Positions 59,366 to 64,000 of a stretch of 64,000 nt of DNA are shown here, one piece after another. The translations under genes and the position numbers were made by a program. The stretch covers positions 11,474-75,473 of IMG/VR virus record IMGVR_UViG_3300031774_000005; one strand, written 5' to 3'. The DNA is from a virus. Each line of letters opens with the position of its first letter. The first letter of the stretch is position 1. The notes beneath the pieces are model-generated. The model made no database searches and was not told the origin of the DNA. It was given only the letters and a program-made list of their open reading frames with translations.

Positions 59366-59575
59366 TTATTCCTGTCCTCCGACAATTGCCGGAATCAAAT
59401 CAACGGAAGATACTTCTTCCCAATTGATACCTCTAATATCTTCTCTTGATACAATATCACCATCAATGATAGCCCAATGTGTAGGGTGTGTATCTATCTG
59501 TTCTATAATCTCGCTTGAGGCCATCATCAGTTCTGTGTGGCCTGTTTCATTCATAATTCTTAATTTAATTGACAT
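59366..59575 (-). CDS. Ubiquitin-like (beta-grasp, SAMP/ThiS/MoaD-like) protein with a GG-QE C-terminus
   Basis: 69 aa; IIDG (cf. xVNG) and terminal VDLIPAIVGG followed by QE. Confidence 0.75.
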   Translation of the reverse strand: MSIKLRIMNETGHTELMMASSEIIEQIDTHPTHWAIIDGDIVSREDIRGINWEEVSSVDLIPAIVGGQE

Positions 59576-59609
59576 AATTAATCCTCTCCGTTCTTGCTAT
59601 TCCTCTTAA

Positions 59610-59619
59610 CTATTTAAAG
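59610..59619 (-). promoter_or_regulatory. Putative TATA box of the Ubl gene
   Basis: CTTTAAATAG on the - strand, about 35 nt upstream of the ATG; GAGAGGA RBS. Confidence 0.5.
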
Positions 59620-59662
59620 GAGTTCACAAATAAGTTTTGTCGGCCTCCTTTAAGCCTTGACT

Positions 59663-60079
59663 TTATTTTTTCATCAACTCCAAAATCTTGTTGTTGAGTG
59701 TAAGAAGTTGCCTTTGCATCTTCTCTTTGAATTGTTTATCTTCTTCTTGTTTTTCTAACCATAAAGAAAAAAGTTGAGTATGCATTTCTTCCTTTACTGT
59801 TTTAAGAAAGTCTGCATCTATTAATGTATTTAATGAGTTATTTAACTCTCCTTTGATTATACTTGGTATTGAATCAACTTCTTGTTGAAGTTTAGCAATA
59901 TCAATTTTAATCACTTTAAGTTTAGTTTCTTCAAACTCTTCATACCTTTTAAGTTGAAAAGTTTTATTATTTTTAACCTTTAAATAACAATCAAGACAGT
60001 GTTTTTGCCATCTTGCTGATTTAGCACTTCTCGCAACAAAAAGTGTTTTGCACATTTGACATTCTTTTTGAACTGTCAT
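59663..60079 (-). CDS. Zn-ribbon plus coiled-coil protein
   Basis: CQMC..HCLDC. Confidence 0.55.
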   Translation of the reverse strand: MTVQKECQMCKTLFVARSAKSARWQKHCLDCYLKVKNNKTFQLKRYEEFEETKLKVIKIDIAKLQQEVDSIPSIIKGELNNSLNTLIDADFLKTVKEEMHTQLFSLWLEKQEEDKQFKEKMQRQLLTLNNKILELMKK

Positions 60080-60080
60080 T

Positions 60081-60323
60081 TCAAACAAACTCCCTGTCTT
60101 GTTTTTCAAAAGCATAGTTTTCTTCTAAATAACTTGTTAGAATCATATCCATCTTTTCTTGTAATGCTTCCATAATTCCTGCAATTACTCTACGATTAAG
60201 ACTAATCCATAGTCTATGATGAGTGTTAATTACTACCTTTGGGTTATCATCTTCATTCTGCGATATTACCAAAGGTGGTAAATCGGGGCTATCTACTATT
60301 CTAAATTCTACATTTGTATTCAT
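60081..60323 (-). CDS. Hypothetical protein
   Basis: ORF track. Confidence 0.55.
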   Translation of the reverse strand: MNTNVEFRIVDSPDLPPLVISQNEDDNPKVVINTHHRLWISLNRRVIAGIMEALQEKMDMILTSYLEENYAFEKQDREFV

Positions 60324-60694
60324 ATTATCATATCTCCTGTTAGTTTATTTGGGTGAAGGAAATACTCACCCGCTTTTTCTCCGTTTTCATCATAGATTGT
60401 ATCGTGCAAATTAGCCACAATAAAATCCCATGCTTCTTCCGTAAGAATATAATTATCTTGTTTTATTACTGCATTGGTTTCAAACAACTGCACACCTAAT
60501 TTCTTAAATTGCCGTTGTAATGAAACTGCATTCATCTTGATTGTATTATCGCCTATGTCCTTAAGCCCTGCTTGTAATAAAACAGATGCAACGCTCGCTT
60601 CAACATTATGCGTTTGGTCTTTGTGCCATTTAATGATGTTATTTAGCACTGTTATTTCTGCTAATTCTCTAAACATATAAATCATATTATTCAC
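60320..60694 (-). CDS. Hypothetical protein
   Basis: Coupled ORF. Confidence 0.5.
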   Translation of the reverse strand: MNNMIYMFRELAEITVLNNIIKWHKDQTHNVEASVASVLLQAGLKDIGDNTIKMNAVSLQRQFKKLGVQLFETNAVIKQDNYILTEEAWDFIVANLHDTIYDENGEKAGEYFLHPNKLTGDMII

Positions 60695-60998
60695 CTGCGT
60701 ATGCTTTTGCTACATGAATAGCATTGACGAAATTCTTAGTTTGAATCATTCCTTCAAGTCTCGCTATATCATCATTGTCATTTTTATCCATTTGACTTAC
60801 TGTAAATGTAGCAACTAATAACGCTAACTGTTGCTTACTTGACTTTGTTAATAAATCTGCTAACTGTTCCGTCATGTGGTCTTTGTATTGTTCTGTTAAT
60901 AGACATTCTATACATTCAACCCATTCCATCTGTTCTAATCTATAATTAGCAACTTCATAATGACCTTTACCTTCACAAATATTACAATCTTTGTTCAT
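60687..60998 (-). CDS. Zn-finger protein
   Basis: CNICEGKG..CIEC. Confidence 0.55.
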   Translation of the reverse strand: MNKDCNICEGKGHYEVANYRLEQMEWVECIECLLTEQYKDHMTEQLADLLTKSSKQQLALLVATFTVSQMDKNDNDDIARLEGMIQTKNFVNAIHVAKAYAGE

Positions 60999-61369
60999 TC
61001 AATCACTTCCTGTTTAGTTAATGAGAAGTCTATCTTTCTCTTATCCATCTCATCAACCCATTCATTCCATTCCTTTCTTGACATGCGACAAACATCTCTA
61101 TGCGCTTCGTCTAATACTTCATCAATTGATGCCGAGCCGGAGTTCATCCAAGCATACCACAACAAATCAAAAGTGTTCAAGGCTTCCATATCAGTTAGCC
61201 ATTGTTTTGAGTATTCCCAATCACCGTCGCTATCAAAGTCATCTTCACTCATTATTTTATTAAAGCCATTACAATAACACAAGTTGTTATCTTGTAGCCA
61301 TTTATCATCTTCTCTACTAAGGTTTTGCCATTCTTTTTCCGTTAATGGTTGTCCTAATTTAAATCTCAT
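60995..61369 (-). CDS. Acidic Trp-rich hypothetical protein
   Basis: Coupled ORF. Confidence 0.55.
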   Translation of the reverse strand: MRFKLGQPLTEKEWQNLSREDDKWLQDNNLCYCNGFNKIMSEDDFDSDGDWEYSKQWLTDMEALNTFDLLWYAWMNSGSASIDEVLDEAHRDVCRMSRKEWNEWVDEMDKRKIDFSLTKQEVIE

Positions 61370-61518
61370 TCTTCTTCACACTCACAATCGCCATCAACAA
61401 AACAACCGCATTCTAAATAACATTCACAGTCCATACTTGCATAACAACCGCATTCTAATTTAGGGTCTAAGTGGTCGTCTAATGCCGCCCAACACATATT
61501 ATCGGGATAATTACTCAT
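61366..61518 (-). CDS. Metallothionein-like Cys-rich peptide (50 aa; not in the ORF track)
   Basis: LECGCYASMDCEC-Y-LECGCFVDGDCEC; GGGTGA RBS; ATGA overlap with the next gene. Confidence 0.6.
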   Translation of the reverse strand: MSNYPDNMCWAALDDHLDPKLECGCYASMDCECYLECGCFVDGDCECEEE

Positions 61519-61624
61519 TAGTTTCACCCGCTTTCTTTTCCGCTTCGGTAAAACAACCGTAGCAATAATGTCTGTCTTTACTTATTCTTACATTACAATT
61601 TATGCATCTGTATATTTCTTTCAT
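61511..61624 (-). CDS. Small Zn-finger peptide (37 aa; not in the ORF track)
   Basis: CINC..CYGC. Confidence 0.5.
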   Translation of the reverse strand: MKEIYRCINCNVRISKDRHYCYGCFTEAEKKAGETNE

Positions 61625-61737
61625 ATTTCTTCCCCTCCTTCATTTGTCGCAAGTTCAGCCAATATTGCTATACCAACGCCTCCAACAATAATATATCCTG
61701 CCGTAAAAGCAATTCCTTTTAATAATCCTTTAATCAT
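61621..61737 (-). CDS. Small membrane peptide (38 aa; not in the ORF track)
   Basis: IAFTAGYIIVGGVGIAILA; ATGA overlaps on both sides. Confidence 0.5.
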   Translation of the reverse strand: MIKGLLKGIAFTAGYIIVGGVGIAILAELATNEGGEEI

Positions 61738-61976
61738 TCTTCTTCACCTTCACAAAATTCTGTAAAGTCATTTAGATATTGTTCTGCATCAACAAATTGA
61801 CTATGTTCAATAGTCATTCTATCCAAATGCGCTGTCCAATTTCCTACATTTCCTGCATCTAAATTATCTTGCCAAAATTCGTGCAGGTCTTTCATCTTAT
61901 CAAAATGATAAGTCACTGTTTCAGATATGGTGTTATCACCATAAATTGTATTTCCATATTTCTTTGTTATTTTCAT
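61734..61976 (-). CDS. Hypothetical protein
   Basis: GGAG RBS. Confidence 0.55.
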   Translation of the reverse strand: MKITKKYGNTIYGDNTISETVTYHFDKMKDLHEFWQDNLDAGNVGNWTAHLDRMTIEHSQFVDAEQYLNDFTEFCEGEEE

Positions 61977-61980
61977 TCTT

Positions 61981-62244
61981 TCATTCTCCTTTTAATTTGT
62001 TTTCAAAAATCCCGCTTCGTATTGGCGGTGGTTTTCTTTCGGGGTTGTATTTTTCATATACTTCTTCATAACAACCATCACATATTTTAATTAATATTTT
62101 ATTTTCTATTTCTGTTAATTCTATTGTTTGAAATTCAATTAACATATGATATTTAGCACCTAAAGCGCATATATCACATTTTGGTGTCTTTTCTTTGTTT
62201 TTACTGACAAAGAATTTCTTTATCCAATCTATCATGTAAATCAC
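61981..62244 (-). CDS. Zn-finger protein
   Basis: CDIC..CDGC. Confidence 0.55.
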   Translation of the reverse strand: MIYMIDWIKKFFVSKNKEKTPKCDICALGAKYHMLIEFQTIELTEIENKILIKICDGCYEEVYEKYNPERKPPPIRSGIFENKLKGE

Positions 62245-62253
62245 CTTAAAGGC

Positions 62254-62491
62254 GAGGGAACGGACTTCGTGTTGATTAGAACACTATTCATATGAACAAT
62301 TAGTGAACACATACAAAGTTCACTAAGAATTAATTCTTGCCAAGACAAGCAACTTTATCCGTATTACCATGCAAACCCTCTATGCAGGAAAATATACTTA
62401 TGCCTATGAAAATGACTACGACCTTACGGTTGGAGTCGTCATTCCATAATTTGACAGATTGAGATTTGTATATTTTTACCTTTAAACCTGC
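62254..62491 (-). ncRNA. Putative structured RNA element with two tandem domains
   Basis: Nested inverted repeats; both domains share GG-UUU-N3/4-GGUAA inside the closing stem. Confidence 0.5.
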
Positions 62492-62524
62492 GGTTTCAAA
62501 TGAGGCTTTAACCTACCATTGAAT

Positions 62525-63820
62525 CTAATTTCTTTCCTCCAAAAGTTGAGAAATAATGTTGCTCGCTTCTCTTTTGGTTAAAGCGGAAACTGTTCCATTA
62601 TAACCTAAGTTTTCTAAGAATCCAAGTTGTTTAGGCGTTGCTAAATCCACATCAAATATTCTTTTTAAAGTGTGCAGTTGGCGTTGAGATAATTCTCTAC
62701 TACCCATCATTTGTTCTTTAATATCCGCAAGGAAAGAACGCTCCCATTCATTCCCAGCAAATGATTCATCAAATTCAGGAACACCATAATAGTCGCATAC
62801 TTGTAAGAAATGGTCTCCGCCAAAATCTTTAGTTAAGATTTCTTCTTGTTTTTGTCTTTGTGCTATTTCTCTTGCGATTCTATCTGCTTCTTGTTGTTCT
62901 CTCCAAAGTCTGCGTTGTTCTTCTGCTTCTTCTGCTTCTATTCTTCTTGCTTCTACATTTTCCGGTAGATTGTAAATTCTTTGTCTTTCTGCTTCTTGTT
63001 CTCGATAGCGTCTTTGTCTTTCTTCTTGTTGTCGTCGTCTTTCTTCTAAAGCAATTCTAAGAGCCTCTATTCTATTTGCTCTTGTTTGATTATATTTATC
63101 CAATTGATTTTGATACTGCTCACGCTTTATGTAAAACAAAGCCAAGTCTTTCATTAGATTATCATTAGGAAAACCTGTTGTATTGATTTGTGCTTTAGGA
63201 TTATCGGGGTGATTCCAACGCCATACAAGAGAAGCCATTTTGTAGTTAGGTGAACCATAACTTCCTTCGCCTCTTTTTCTCAAAACTCTTCTTCTATGGT
63301 TTTGTTGTGTATCACGGTCATAATACCAATCTCTTTTGTGAATGTTAAAGTGCAAATCTAATTCTTTTATTGAATCAAACATCATAGTGAAAGCCTCACC
63401 ATTTGATTTCCACCACGCTTCCGCTTTCATAGACTTGGTTCTAACACTAATCCATTCTTGAATTTGTTCATCAGTAATAGTATCAATATTAACTCCTTCA
63501 TCTTCTGCAATTGCTCGCATAATTAGATATGAGTTAATGTGGTCGCTACCAACACATTCAACAGTTCCATTTTCTGTGTTTCTTATTTCAAAGTGATAAA
63601 CTACTATATGCCCACATAGACATTTTCCAACGCCCATTTGAGAATTTCTAACCCAATCCGGCATAACATCATTACCACTCCACCAAACATTACCTGTGGC
63701 TAACCATTCATGTTTAGCCTCATCATAATTATCTGCTACTGATAATTCAGTCATTTTTCTTTTTAATGCTCTATCCCAACGACCTTCACCAAGTCGTCTT
63801 TTTGCTACTATATTTTCCAT
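62525..63820 (-). CDS. Hypothetical protein: N-terminal CxCG..VGS metal-binding motif, coiled coil, C-terminal ATPKQ..LTKREAS module
   Basis: CLCGH..NTENG..VGSDH; GGAGG RBS. Confidence 0.65.
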   Translation of the reverse strand: MENIVAKRRLGEGRWDRALKRKMTELSVADNYDEAKHEWLATGNVWWSGNDVMPDWVRNSQMGVGKCLCGHIVVYHFEIRNTENGTVECVGSDHINSYLIMRAIAEDEGVNIDTITDEQIQEWISVRTKSMKAEAWWKSNGEAFTMMFDSIKELDLHFNIHKRDWYYDRDTQQNHRRRVLRKRGEGSYGSPNYKMASLVWRWNHPDNPKAQINTTGFPNDNLMKDLALFYIKREQYQNQLDKYNQTRANRIEALRIALEERRRQQEERQRRYREQEAERQRIYNLPENVEARRIEAEEAEEQRRLWREQQEADRIAREIAQRQKQEEILTKDFGGDHFLQVCDYYGVPEFDESFAGNEWERSFLADIKEQMMGSRELSQRQLHTLKRIFDVDLATPKQLGFLENLGYNGTVSALTKREASNIISQLLEERN

Positions 63821-64000
63821 TTTTATTCCTCCTTACAATTGCAGTTTCCGTTTATACCTAATATCATACCCAACCAATAATATTTATTATTATAAGGCCA
63901 GCCATGTTCTTCTTTCATATCCATCAAAAAACTCTTCTCAAACCATACTTGGGTAGATGTGGATAGTGTTTTCCAATCTTCTTCGCCTTTTTTGATTAGT

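Noticed and set aside
62245-62524. tRNA genes
   Set aside because: No T-loop GTTCRA or cloverleaf of tRNA dimensions recognised by eye; tRNAscan was not run

Overview
64 kb of an AT-rich tailed dsDNA archaeal virus (Caudoviricetes). It is most consistent with a Magrovirus infecting Marine Group II Poseidoniales; this is inferred from gene content and archaeal-type GGTGA ribosome-binding sites, not from a database search. The + strand arm (1-29.9 kb) is the virion module: a ligase-domain protein, HK97-type prohead protease/scaffold, major capsid protein, an Arf/Ras-like GTPase cluster, adaptor, tail tube, frameshifting tail chaperones, tape measure, tail tip and fibres. It converges at a hairpin terminator on a - strand arm (30-64 kb) carrying an archaeal-style replisome: split PolB, PCNA, RFC small and large subunits, MCM-like helicase, PriS-PriL primase, RPA-like SSB, ligase, ERCC4 and Cas4-like nucleases. 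That arm also has class II RNR, GroEL/GroES, TFB and two histone-fold proteins. Best candidate novel systems: (1) a dispersed virus-encoded ubiquitin-like pathway (Ubl with a masked GG, ThiF/E1, JAB protease, candidate E2); (2) an Arf-like small GTPase with membrane proteins inside the morphogenesis operon; (3) protease-processed capsid cargo, including a ligase and an ADP-ribosyltransferase-fold protein; (4) a tandem two-domain structured non-coding element at 62.25-62.49 kb. Terminase and portal are not seen in this window. All product calls come from motif recognition by eye.
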